Program-made: the position numbers and the translations under genes
Notes under the pieces: model-generated
The model's database searches: none
What the model was told of the DNA's origin: nothing
The model's input: the letters and a program-made list of their open reading frames with translations, nothing else
Assembly: GCA_963796795.1 (NCBI GenBank)
Contig: CAWCNA010000006.1
Span: forward strand, 1 to 55,545
Direction: 5' to 3'
Source: Candidatus Adlerbacteria bacterium
GTDB taxonomy: Bacteria > Patescibacteriota > Minisyncoccia > Phycocordibacterales > SBAW01
Length of the DNA stretch: 55,545 bases
Part shown: positions 43,345-54,954 of the stretch, one piece after another
Layout: every line of letters starts with the position of its first letter
Numbering within the stretch: the stretch's first letter is position 1

Positions 43345-43406
43345 GGGCCCTTTCAGCCAGAGGCTGATCCGCCTTTGGCGGAAGCTCATAAAATTTGGTA
43401 GAGCGC
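43345..43406 (+). repeat. Duplicated 5' fragment (nt 1-27) of tRNA-Ala interrupted by two tandem 15-bp palindromes
   Basis: GGGCCCTT[TCAGCCAGAGGCTGA TCCGCCTTTGGCGGA]AGCTCAT[AAAAT]TTGGTAGAGCGC versus tRNA GGGCCCTTAGCTCATTTGGTAGAGCGC. Confidence 0.85.
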
Positions 43407-43407
43407 G

Positions 43408-43659
43408 ATGCACTACGTATACGTACTCAAAAGCGAACGTAACGATAAAAGATACGTTGGCTACACAGGAAAGACCCCAGAGGTTCGTCTAATCGAACAC
43501 AACCGAGGTTCGAGTTCTTACACAAGCAGAAATATTCCTTTTAAACTTCTGTATAGTGAAAGTTTTGAAAACAAAACTGAAGCATTGCAAAAAGAGAAGT
43601 TTTTAAAGTCTGGTCAGGGAAGGAAGTTTCTTGATACAATCATAAACGAGGGCCCTTAG
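43408..43659 (+). CDS. Stand-alone GIY-YIG endonuclease (83 aa)
   Basis: YVYVL...YVGYT...RL.EHN.G...YT....P..L.Y.E......A..KE..LKSG.GR. Confidence 0.9.
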   Translation: MHYVYVLKSERNDKRYVGYTGKTPEVRLIEHNRGSSSYTSRNIPFKLLYSESFENKTEALQKEKFLKSGQGRKFLDTIINEGP

Positions 43660-43725
43660 CTCATTTGGTAGAGCGCCTCATTTGCAATGAGGAGGCGACC
43701 GGTTCGATCCCGGTAGGGTCCACCA
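43650..43725 (+). tRNA. tRNA-Ala(UGC)
   Basis: GGGCCCT/AGGGTCC acceptor with G3:U70, anticodon loop TT-TGC-AA, GGTTCGATCCC, CCA. Confidence 0.96.
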
Positions 43726-43734
43726 AGCGCAAAC

Positions 43735-43758
43735 AATCTCCCCGACGGGAGATTTTTG
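43735..43758 (+). terminator. Terminator after tRNA-Ala
   Basis: AATCTCCC-CGAC-GGGAGATT-TTT. Confidence 0.7.
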
Positions 43759-43779
43759 CTTTGGTGGAAGGCACAGCGA

Positions 43780-44227
43780 TGTTTTGCACTGGCAAATGCT
43801 GGCTGTAAAATCGTCGACCACGCCAACGATATTATCCATCGGGTGGTCTGTGCGTCGGCGCCGATGGAGATTGACCTTGCAGTTCGCTCGGTCGAGGATC
43901 TCTGCCTTTTTCGACGGTGCCGATTTCCAGACTATCTGTGCTCGCGCTCTCAAGCAGGGTTTGGAACTCTGTCCTGCAGAGGTGGGACCAGCCTTGCGTC
44001 TTGCTTACGACGGCCCTGGTGAAGGTGCACATGATTCTCCGTTAGTCATCGCCATGGCCGGACGTGGGACCCTTGCAGCTGCAAGTGACGAACGTTTTAT
44101 TTTTTCGTTGGCCCGCGACGATCAGTCCAAGTGGCTAAGTTGCGTTGATGGCAGCCCTCAACATTATTGGGAACCTCAAAATTGGGCTAACGTCCTTTGC
44201 TTTGTCTTCGTGAAGCCTCGGAAGTAA
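43780..44227 (+). pseudogene. 5'-truncated, frameshifted hypothetical protein (GLELCPAEVGP motif)
   Basis: FALANAGCKIVDHANDI...EIDLAVRSVEDL in one frame continues as GADFQTICARALKQGLELCPAEVGPALRLAY...FVFVKPRK in another; no clean start. Confidence 0.55.
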
Positions 44228-44250
44228 TACCCAGGCTTCACATCAATTTC

Positions 44251-44283
44251 GACCTCGCGTCCCAACGTGAGGTCTTTCTTTTT
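44251..44283 (+). terminator. Intrinsic terminator
   Basis: GACCTCGCG-TCCCAA-CGTGAGGTC followed by TTTCTTTTT. Confidence 0.65.
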
Positions 44284-44393
44284 CCAAAAGTTTAATACCC
44301 CTATGGTGTACCTTATGATTAGATATTTCTATACACCGCCAAGCGCTTTCCAATCTAGATACTATGCGTTTTTATAGATGATAGAATTACAGT

Positions 44394-44702
44394 ATGAATC
44401 TAGAAGAATCTAAAAGAGAAGCACCTAAACAAGCTTTTAATACCGAAGCATTTGAGGCAGAGGTAACTATATTAAAAAAAGAGATAGCAGAGAGATACGC
44501 AGCTATGGGTACATTAGATCAAATAGGAACTGATTTTGAAGATGGGTTTGCCACACTTAAAGAAGTCGAAACTCTGGTAGAAAAACTAGGAAAATTTATT
44601 GGAGATAAGGCCGCTGAAGAATATTTTAACCAAGAAGTTGTCGGGAGCCCTCTAAAAAATGGGCAAGAAATAATAGAAACTAAAGAAAAAGGCCTACAAT
44701 AA
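44394..44702 (+). CDS. Acidic hypothetical protein
   Basis: 102 aa AT-rich ORF with TG-N-TAGAAT 6 nt upstream. Confidence 0.6.
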   Translation: MNLEESKREAPKQAFNTEAFEAEVTILKKEIAERYAAMGTLDQIGTDFEDGFATLKEVETLVEKLGKFIGDKAAEEYFNQEVVGSPLKNGQEIIETKEKGLQ

Positions 44703-44747
44703 AAGAGTTCAAATTTTATGCTACCATTTCTGAATCGGAACCTTTTT

Positions 44748-44818
44748 CGGGGTGTTGTATAGTGGTATTACATACGCTTCGGGTGCGTAAAACCCGAGTT
44801 CGATTCTCGGCACCCCGA
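44748..44818 (+). tRNA. tRNA-Pro(CGG)
   Basis: CGGGGTG/CACCCCG acceptor, TACGC-TTCGGGT-GCGTA anticodon arm, CCGAG-TTCGATT-CTCGG T-arm; atypical D-arm, no encoded CCA. Confidence 0.88.
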
Positions 44819-44887
44819 CAAAGTTTCTGAAAGTAGCACAATTTTCATACTATACTTACCCCCAGATTTGTCCTTGGGGAGATGCAC

Positions 44888-45052
44888 ATGCGCCGGATTC
44901 TTCTCGCGCTACTTGTCTTTATAATTTTACTTTTACTTACAGGGTGCCCAGATTTCTATCGAGTACCTGGATGCCCTGTATATTTTCTTGGAATACACGT
45001 CGCTGATCGGGATTACTTGAACTGCACTCCCGGCCACAGACCTCCTCGCTGA
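44888..45052 (+). CDS. Small putative lipoprotein (54 aa), absent from the ORF track
   Basis: MRRILLALLVFIILLLLTGCPDFYRVPGCPVYFLG...; LTGC lipobox; GGGGAG SD upstream. Confidence 0.6.
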   Translation: MRRILLALLVFIILLLLTGCPDFYRVPGCPVYFLGIHVADRDYLNCTPGHRPPR

Positions 45053-45071
45053 TGTACGTCGAAGGAGGGCT

Positions 45072-45554
45072 TTATTTTTTAACTGTTGTAGAAATGCTTC
45101 CACTCAATGCTGAAAGGGAAGTAAGGGTTGCTTCAAGATGCGACGTAATAGCAGAGTCACTTGGAAGCGTTGCAACAACAGTTGCTATATGCGTTTCGAA
45201 ATTTTGTGTGACTTGAAGTGCATCTGCCGTGTCATCTTGTGCAACTAATGTTTGAATATTTTTAATCACAAGAGAGGTGTCTATATCAAACACGTTTATA
45301 AGCTGGACTTCCAGGGTTGATGTGAGCGTATTGTTTTGAAACAATGCTTGGAGTTCGCCCAAACGGTTCTCGGCTATATCTTCTGAAGATTCTGCTTTTT
45401 GGTTATTTGTAAACGCAAGCAATGTACCTATTTTTTCTGTTACATCTATTTTAAACAGATATAAAGCGTTACCTGGAAGTGCATTAAGCGAAGCGCTGGT
45501 AAGAATACCCGCCAGAGATGCAATAAGAAGGAGAGAGATAATGATTTTTGACAT
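45072..45554 (-). CDS. DUF5667-like exported helical protein
   Basis: Signal/TM followed by ALPGNALY.FKI...EK...K......AE.RL.E. Confidence 0.65.
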   Translation of the reverse strand: MSKIIISLLLIASLAGILTSASLNALPGNALYLFKIDVTEKIGTLLAFTNNQKAESSEDIAENRLGELQALFQNNTLTSTLEVQLINVFDIDTSLVIKNIQTLVAQDDTADALQVTQNFETHIATVVATLPSDSAITSHLEATLTSLSALSGSISTTVKK

Positions 45555-45608
45555 ACGAAAGTTACCTTTTCTCTAAACTACCCTTATGCTATCATGTAAA
45601 ATAACGGT

Positions 45609-46620
<1,012 letters not shown>

Positions 46621-46666
46621 TTCATAGATAGAAAGTTTACTCGAGCTAAATTGTAATAAATAAATA

Positions 46667-47110
46667 ATGGGACAAGTTTTTGCGGCATTCGGCGTTGATT
46701 GGAGGCTTCTCCTGATCAACTTAATTAACTTCGGCATTTTGTTGCTGGCGTTGTGGTATTTCCTCTACGCTCCGCTGATGAAGATGCTGGAAAGCCGTCG
46801 CGAAAAAATTGCCCAAGGCGTTGTTGATGCCGAAAACGCAAACGCACGCCTCAACGAAATTGAAGGCGCTCGCGCTGGAATGCTTTCGGATGCGGGCAAA
46901 GAGGCGGACAAGTTAGTAGCTGATGCGCGCAGTACTGCAAACACGAAGGGAAAAGAAATTGTTACTTCAGCCGAAACTGCCGCATCCAATGTGTTGAAGA
47001 GCGCAGAGGCCCAGGCAAATGAAATGAAGGCGCAGGCAATTGCCGAAAGCAAGCAGGAGGTCGCAAAGCTCATCGTGCTTGGTATGGACGCTCTAGCGAA
47101 GCAAAAATAA
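46667..47110 (+). CDS. atpF: F0F1 ATP synthase subunit b
   Basis: INFGILL..L..FLY.PL..ML..RR..I followed by a coiled coil. Confidence 0.92.
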   Translation: MGQVFAAFGVDWRLLLINLINFGILLLALWYFLYAPLMKMLESRREKIAQGVVDAENANARLNEIEGARAGMLSDAGKEADKLVADARSTANTKGKEIVTSAETAASNVLKSAEAQANEMKAQAIAESKQEVAKLIVLGMDALAKQK

Positions 47111-47111
47111 A

Positions 47112-47375
47112 ATGAACACCGCTTCCTATTACGCACGTGCACTATTTGCGCTTATAGAAGAGAGTCCCCGCAAGGCGGCGACCTATCTGCATAATTTAGA
47201 TGGAGTGCTCAAAACGAGAGGGCATCAAAAACTTCTTCCTAAAATCTTTAGCGAATATCAAAAGCTGCAGATCACAAAAGAACGAACAGAACGCCATAAG
47301 GAAATAACACCAGAGCAAGAGAGAACGCGGGTACTGCTGGAGCTCTACAGGAAACTAACTGCAAGCCGCGCCTAA
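47112..47375 (+). CDS. atpH: Short ATP synthase delta-like subunit
   Basis: YARALF motif and position between atpF and atpA; only 87 aa. Confidence 0.65.
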   Translation: MNTASYYARALFALIEESPRKAATYLHNLDGVLKTRGHQKLLPKIFSEYQKLQITKERTERHKEITPEQERTRVLLELYRKLTASRA

Positions 47376-47380
47376 ATTAT

Positions 47381-48944
47381 ATGAACAACTTCATCGAACA
47401 ATTTAAAAAAGAAATAGAAAACTTCCAGCCAACGGCACGCTCGGCAAATTCGGGCGTGGTTATCCGTGTCGGCGACGGCGTGGCGGAGGTGGAGGGGCTG
47501 CCGAACGCGGTGATGTCGGAAATGGTCCGTTTTAATACTGCTGGTAAAAAATCTCTCGAAAAGGCAATTGAGGCGCCTGAAGTGTACGGCCTCGTGCTTA
47601 ACCTCGAGGAAGAGTCGGTTCGCGTCATTATTTTAGGTGATGCCAACCTTATCTCTGAAGGAATGAGTGTCGAATCAACAGGTGCAGTACTTTCTATCCC
47701 TGTTGGCGATGAACTTCTCGGCCGTGTTGTCTCGCCGCTTGGCGAAGCTGTTGACGGATTAGGTGAAATAAAAACTGCGCAGCGCAACTCTATCGAGCGC
47801 GAGGCATATGGCGTGATGGACCGCCAGAGCGTTAACCAGCCATTACACACCGGTATCAAGGCCATCGACTCAATGATCCCGATAGGTCGCGGACAGCGCG
47901 AGCTTATCATCGGCGACCGCTACACCGGTAAAACAACTGTTGCTATCGATACAATTTTGAATCAGAAAGTCCGAGGCAAAAGAAACTCGCCCGATCTGTA
48001 TCTACGTTTCTATCGGCCAAAAAGAATCTAAGACCGCGCGCTTGGTACAGATGTTGCGCGAGCGCGGCGCACTCGAATACACCATTGTTGTTGACGCAGG
48101 TGCGTCGGCACCGGCAGCGCTCCAGTACTTGGCACCATTTGCGGGCGCTGCTATTGGCGAGTACTTCATGGACAAAGGTCAGGATGCACTGATTATCTAT
48201 GATGACCTTTCAAAACACGCCGTTGCATACCGTGAACTTTCACTCTTGCTCCGCCGCCCACCGGGCCGCGAGGCATATCCAGGCGACGTCTTCTACCTGC
48301 ACTCACGTTTGCTCGAGCGCGCAGCAAAACTCTCAAAAGAAAAAGGTGGCGGTTCATTGACCGCACTTCCAATTATCGAAACGCAGGAAGGCGACGTTTC
48401 TGGATACATCCCAACAAACGTTATTTCTATTACTGACGGCCAGATCTTCCTCGAAACTGAATTGTTCAACAAGGGTATGCGACCAGCTATCAACGCAGGC
48501 ATTTCCGTGTCGCGCGTCGGTTCATCCGCACAGACAAAGGCAATGAAGAAGGTGTCGGGCCGCATCAAGCTTGAGCTTGCACAGTTCCGCGAACTTGAGG
48601 CCTTTATGCAATTTTCGCAGGACTTGGATGCTGACACCAAGCGCCGCATCGATGCCGGCCAGCGCATGATGGCGATTTTGCGTCAGAAGAACAGCGCCCC
48701 GATACCGTTCGAGCGCCAGGCAGTTATCATCTATGTCGCGGTCAATGGTTATCTTGGTAAAACTCCGGTTGGCCGTGTACCAGAATTTGAAGAGAAATTT
48801 TTCTCATTCCTTGATTCGAATGCAAAGAACTTGCTTCCAAGCATCGAGAAGGCGCGTGAGATTACTGCAGAACACGAAGAACAATTGAAGACAGCTTTTT
48901 CGAAGTTTGAAGAATCGCACAAAGATCTCTTCACGGCTGAGTAG
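47381..48944 (+). CDS. atpA: ATP synthase subunit alpha; frameshift near 47970
   Basis: [44 protein letters not shown]. Confidence 0.95.
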
Positions 48945-48962
48945 GGAGAGTAAAAATCAAAA

Positions 48963-49920
48963 ATGGCAGGGCTTAAACAAATAAAATCACAAATCCGCTC
49001 GTACGAAAAAACCCAGACCGTCACCAAAGCGATGGAGGCGGTTTCGGCTGCGAAAATGCGCAAAGCTCAAGTCCAAGCACTGGGTGGCAGGCCGTATGCG
49101 CAAGCTGCAGTTTCTATCTTGGCGCGCGTTGCAGGAACAAGGGATGGCTCGATAATGCTAAAGCCTGCGCAAAGCCTCTCGACCGCGCTTTCGCACGGCG
49201 AGGCCGGCTCTGCTTCGGCATCACGAGCTTTATATGTAGTTATAACTAGCGACAAGGGCCTGGCGGGAGCTCTGAATAGTTCGGTTCTGCGTGCTGTAAT
49301 GGCGGATATTAAATTACAGAATCTTTCTGTAGAAGATGTTTCTATTATTGCGATAGGAAAGAAGGCGAACGATTTTTTCACCTCACGCGGATTTAAAGTA
49401 GAAGCATTCCATCAAAACAATGACAAGGTCTCGGCAGATATGATCGAAGAAATCGTTCGCGAAGCTGCAAACCGTTTTAGTATGGGAGAAGTTGGCGTAG
49501 TAAAAGTAGCGTTCCAGAACTTTATTTCAACGCTTGAACAAAAGCCGGCACTCTACACAATGTTTCCGCTATCTCTTGAAGAATTCTCAAAAGTTGTTGA
49601 TGGCATTACGCCGTCCCGTGGCACATTTGCAGCAAGAAAAAGAGCCTATTGTTTCTCCGGCAAGCTACAGCGTCGAACCATCTGACGGTGTGGTACTGCG
49701 GGCCTTAATGCCAAAGCTGGCAGCGATATTCGTATACCATGCGCTGCTCGAGTCACAAGCGTCGGAGCACTCGGCGCGCATGGTGTCGATGAAGTCGGCG
49801 TCGGACAAGGCAGGCGAGATGGAGCACGGGCTGACATTAAAGTTTAACAAAGCACGGCAGGCAGCGATTACACGCGAAGTGTCAGAAATTATTGGGGGCA
49901 TGGAAGCAATGACGAATTAA
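48963..49920 (+). CDS. atpG: ATP synthase subunit gamma; frameshift near 49630
   Basis: VTKAMEAVSAAK, TSDKGLAG, ASEHSARM, NKARQAAITRE. Confidence 0.93.
49160..49222 (-). repeat. Intragenic palindromic element, copy D
   Basis: Minus strand GATGCC GAA GCAGAGCC-(inner hairpin, GAAA loop)-GGCTTTGC GCA GGCTTT. Confidence 0.8.
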
Positions 49921-49936
49921 AATTAACTTTATTTAT

Positions 49937-51310
<1,374 letters not shown>

Positions 51311-51312
51311 AA

Positions 51313-51548
51313 ATGAAATTAGTTATAGCAAAAATAGATCAGAATCTCTTTGATGGAGATGCTATCTCAGTAACTGTCCCCGGTGCGGAAGGGGAGATGA
51401 CCGTGTTGGCCAACATGAGCCTCTTATCACAACCCTAAAAGCCGGCACTATCATCGTGCGCCAGCTTGTTGATGTAGAACCTCTCCAATTTCCAATCAAC
51501 GGTGGCATGCTTGAAGTCCGTCACGACGGCGCAACTATACTTTTATAA
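51313..51548 (+). CDS. atpC: ATP synthase epsilon, beta-sandwich domain only; frameshift near 51412
   Basis: Manual translation MKLVIAKIDQNLFDGDA.SVTVPGAEGEMTVLA / HEPLITTLKAG...INGGMLEV...ATILL*. Confidence 0.85.
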
Positions 51549-51587
51549 AAAGAAAACGCCCACTAGGAGATTCTAGAAGGACGTTTA

Positions 51588-52043
51588 TTACGGCGGTGAA
51601 AGAATTCTGGCATGCATAAACATGTACATGCCAATAGCAATAAAGGCGAGGCCACCGAACGCAGGAAGCTTTGCATACTTATCGCTGAGCACCAAAATGC
51701 CCAGCAAGCACGCAATTATTGGAGACATGCCGACGATGGGTGATACTTCGGTGATTTTTGCCAGCTTGAGTGCCATGTTCATGCTCAAATAGCCGCTGCT
51801 TGAGCATGCAGCACAGAGAATCATGCACAGAATCCCCAGCCAGTTTCCGAATTCCACTGGCACTTTCCCCACGATCGTTGTGTTTGAGACGACCATCGAG
51901 GTCATGAGGCCAGCAACAACATAGCTAAGCTGTAGCGCTGTAGCCGAGGTACCGTTAATGCTTGCAAGTTTGGAAAAGAACAAGCCGAACCCATAGATAG
52001 AGGCAGAAAAGATAGCCAGTTTCAGCCACGGAGCGAGAACCAT
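51588..52043 (-). CDS. EamA/DMT-like membrane protein
   Basis: About five TM helices, ALKLAKITEVSPIVGMSPIIA..LG..VL. Confidence 0.7.
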   Translation of the reverse strand: MVLAPWLKLAIFSASIYGFGLFFSKLASINGTSATALQLSYVVAGLMTSMVVSNTTIVGKVPVEFGNWLGILCMILCAACSSSGYLSMNMALKLAKITEVSPIVGMSPIIACLLGILVLSDKYAKLPAFGGLAFIAIGMYMFMHARILSPP

Positions 52044-52220
52044 TTGAAATCTCCCTAAAGCTAATCCGAAATTAAATTACAGTATTTAAATATTTTGTCA
52101 AGTAATGTGGAGATTTTAAGCTTTTTTAGTTATCCACTTTTTTGCATTCTCGATAATCTCTGCTATAACAAAAATAGCGTAGCGTTCTATCCGTGTAGTA
52201 AAAATAGAAGAAGGAGATTA

Positions 52221-52523
52221 GTGTGTTCTGACATACGTGCTTATCCGCGGCGATGTGCCCGCGAACTCTGTGAGAATCCAAGGGGACGCAACGAAGCCCT
52301 TGGCATAAAGAGGTACGAGTACAAGGATCAGCTTTTTTGTAGCCCTGCATGCCTTGCGGGATATAAAAAAGCTAATCCACCGTCCATCCCCGCGAGGATG
52401 TGGGGAGCATTCTCTTACTGGTTCGTCAACAACTGGCTTTCTCGAAAGGTGGCAAAGGCTACACGCCAACCCAAGAAATTTCCAAAGGCGAAACCCAAGT
52501 TTGAAGACTCTTTCGCCGATTGA
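52221..52523 (+). CDS. Hypothetical protein with a Cys motif (TRASH/zinc-finger-like)
   Basis: AAGGAG SD plus GTG start; CxxxxC...FCSPAC. Confidence 0.5.
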   Translation: MCSDIRAYPRRCARELCENPRGRNEALGIKRYEYKDQLFCSPACLAGYKKANPPSIPARMWGAFSYWFVNNWLSRKVAKATRQPKKFPKAKPKFEDSFAD

Positions 52524-52532
52524 GGCCCTAAC

Positions 52533-52569
52533 AGCGCTCGTGGTTTTATACTGCGGGCGCTTTTTCTTA
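52533..52569 (+). terminator. Intrinsic terminator
   Basis: AGCGCTCGTGG...CTGCGGGCGCT followed by TTTTCTT. Confidence 0.6.
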
Positions 52570-52584
52570 TGCTAGAATTTTTAC

Positions 52585-53541
52585 ATGATCTTTGCAGCGT
52601 CTCTTTCTATCATCAACTTGATTTTGTACTGCGTACAGCAACTGGGCGTCACGCTTGGTGTTGGTGCGGAAACAGTTTTACTTGTTGCATACCTGCAGTC
52701 GATGCGCGATGGCGTTGTGGACGACAAGGAAAAAGGCTTTGCGCGTGCGGTACGGCACGTAATGGACTTCGGGCTCTTTTTTATTATTATTTCGGGCATC
52801 GGTGTTGTTGCCAGCAGCTATCTTTCTGGCCAACAGGAACTTTTTTCGACCATCTTTCTCTTTAAGTGGAGTTTGATAGGAATTGTTCTATTTATGTCTC
52901 TAGCCAATCGCGGCAGTTCACTTACTGCTGGTTTATTGCAGGGGCTTTCCGCTGGTACATGGTACGCACTTTTTGTTGTGCATATTTTAGCGCCTCAAGC
53001 ATCGTGGCTCGAACTCGGGGCATTTTATGCAGTATGGCTTGGTGGATTCTCGTTATGTTGGACACTTATCGTATTTGCATTGCGAGGGAAGCCAGGAATA
53101 AGGGGATCTCTCACGCCACCTCCTGTTTCAAAAGCAGTATTACAACCTGCTGTTGTTATTACTGCAAATAAAGTTATGCCACCACCGCATGTGGTACCTC
53201 CGCCTCCTCCACCAGCGCAAAAAATGCCGCCGCCAATTCCTCCTGCACCCATAGTAGTAAAACCTATACCTGCAGTAGTTGCGGCTCCCGTGCCGTTTCC
53301 AGTTCCACCACCTCCTCCTGCAAAACCAATAATTCAACCTCCTCCACCCCCTCTGCCAAAAGTAATACTTCCTATGCCTCCAGTACCTGTTATTAAAATT
53401 CAGTCGCCCGATGTTCCAATACCCCCAGTACCACCATCGGCTCCGCCTCCGGCTGAAGTCAAAACAGGTCCTCTTATTGGCCTGCATGTGATGCCTCGTA
53501 CATTAGAAGAGGTTCAGCAACGCAGGGCAACTCTCGGATAG
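52585..53541 (+). CDS. Membrane protein with long proline-rich C-terminal tail
   Basis: About five TM helices followed by ~110 aa rich in Pro/Val/Ile. Confidence 0.7.
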   Translation: MIFAASLSIINLILYCVQQLGVTLGVGAETVLLVAYLQSMRDGVVDDKEKGFARAVRHVMDFGLFFIIISGIGVVASSYLSGQQELFSTIFLFKWSLIGIVLFMSLANRGSSLTAGLLQGLSAGTWYALFVVHILAPQASWLELGAFYAVWLGGFSLCWTLIVFALRGKPGIRGSLTPPPVSKAVLQPAVVITANKVMPPPHVVPPPPPPAQKMPPPIPPAPIVVKPIPAVVAAPVPFPVPPPPPAKPIIQPPPPPLPKVILPMPPVPVIKIQSPDVPIPPVPPSAPPPAEVKTGPLIGLHVMPRTLEEVQQRRATLG

Positions 53542-53549
53542 ATATAGAT

Positions 53550-54164
53550 ATGTATTTTTTTGCCGACCATACAAAAAAGAAAATAGTTATTTTACTTGGC
53601 CACCCCGACACGTCGAACACAATTTCGGGAGAACTCGCATTGCTGTACGAATCATCTGCAAAAAAAGCAGGCCATGAAGTGCGGCGATTTAATATTGGCG
53701 AAATGAACTTCGACCCTATTTTGCACAAAGGGTATAAAGTTATCCAGCCCCTCGAGCCAGACCTACAAATACTCCAAGATGCCATCAAATGGGCAAACCA
53801 CTTTGTTGTTATCTATCCAAACTGGTGGTGCACAATGCCAGCCTTACTTAAAGGCCTGTTCGACCGAATGTGGATGCCGGGGTTTTGTTTCCATATGAAA
53901 AAAACTCCGGAAGGGAAGCCTCGAATGGGTTGGAATAAATTACTAAAGGGCAGGACAGCACGTGTCATTGTTGTGTCGGGCACCCACCCGCTTCTCATCC
54001 GTTTATTTTTTGGCGACTATACCAACGAAATTGGCCGAGGAATTTTATGGTTTGCAGGATTTAAAACACGCATTACAAAACTGGGGCCGTCCGAACATGC
54101 ACCTGAGTGGAAATTAAATGAGTGGCGCAGGCACGTGCTCCGTTTAGGAAAACTTGGAGAATAA
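53550..54164 (+). CDS. Flavodoxin-fold NAD(P)H:quinone oxidoreductase
   Basis: LGHPD, FDPILH.GY, LEPDL, YPNWW..MPALLKG.FDR. Confidence 0.88.
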   Translation: MYFFADHTKKKIVILLGHPDTSNTISGELALLYESSAKKAGHEVRRFNIGEMNFDPILHKGYKVIQPLEPDLQILQDAIKWANHFVVIYPNWWCTMPALLKGLFDRMWMPGFCFHMKKTPEGKPRMGWNKLLKGRTARVIVVSGTHPLLIRLFFGDYTNEIGRGILWFAGFKTRITKLGPSEHAPEWKLNEWRRHVLRLGKLGE

Positions 54165-54298
54165 AAAATAAAAGAAATAAAATAGGTAGTAAAATAGCTT
54201 TCTTGCAAGCTGAATATTTCGTGGTATCGTAGTGACTGGATGAGGAGTTTCGTGTAGTTTTACGTATAATTTCCAGTTCTAACAAAGGGAGATGTGGG

Positions 54299-54823
54299 AT
54301 GCGTTTTAAAAGATTTGCTCGAATGGCTCTTCTCGGCTGTGGGCTTTGTTTGCCCTTGCAGGGGTGCGTCGAAGCACTGAGATTCGCTGGCGATCTTGTT
54401 CTTGCGGGGGCACTCGTCACGACTGCGGTGGTGATTGCAAACCAACAGCCCGTGGTTGTGGAAGCGTGTGATGCAGGAGGCTGCCCCTTCTTCGTCGCGG
54501 AGCAGCCCGACATCGTCTTCTACTACGCGCCTGGATGTTACCCAGGGGCATGTGCTCCTCTGCGTTACGAAAGGTGGCACGAGGGCATCGGGTTCCCGCA
54601 CAATGCACGATACTTCGCCGGAGGCCATCTGGTCGAACATTCTGTATGGCATCAAGCTGCGGGTGGTCGTGGGGCTTCTGGCTCTGCCCAAAGCCGTGCT
54701 GCAATCCAGCAACGGACTGCTCAGAGCACTGCACCGCAACAGCAGCAACATGCTCAGCCACAGCACACGCAACAGCAGGCGCCTCAGAAAGCCCCCTGTA
54801 GTGGGAAGAATTGCCCTCGGTAA
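54299..54823 (+). CDS. Putative Cys-rich lipoprotein with Gln-rich tail
   Basis: LQGC lipobox after a basic/hydrophobic signal, GGGAGA SD, own terminator. Confidence 0.6.
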   Translation: MRFKRFARMALLGCGLCLPLQGCVEALRFAGDLVLAGALVTTAVVIANQQPVVVEACDAGGCPFFVAEQPDIVFYYAPGCYPGACAPLRYERWHEGIGFPHNARYFAGGHLVEHSVWHQAAGGRGASGSAQSRAAIQQRTAQSTAPQQQQHAQPQHTQQQAPQKAPCSGKNCPR

Positions 54824-54840
54824 GAGAGCAGTAATCGACA

Positions 54841-54870
54841 GCGCGTTCCGAAAGGAGCGCGTTTTTCTTT
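54841..54870 (+). terminator. Intrinsic terminator
   Basis: GCGCGTTCC-GAAA-GGAGCGCGT followed by TTTTCTTT. Confidence 0.75.
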
Positions 54871-54954
54871 ACCAAAATAGCCCAATATGGTATAATACCA
54901 AGTGGGAGATACTCTATCTAAATCACTGTTCTTCAACCTCTAGAGGAGGATTCA

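Noticed and set aside
43345-43725. tRNA intron containing a homing endonuclease
   Set aside because: The downstream tRNA is complete and uninterrupted, the upstream piece duplicates its 5' end, and no group I/II intron core is visible.
47530-47582. Extra residues in AtpA (and similar short extras in TypA and Tgt) as palindromic elements
   Set aside because: No inverted repeat or match to the element motifs; likely lineage-specific loops.
53110-53455. CCT/CCA-rich repetitive DNA
   Set aside because: Explained by the proline-rich protein tail; no discrete repeat unit.
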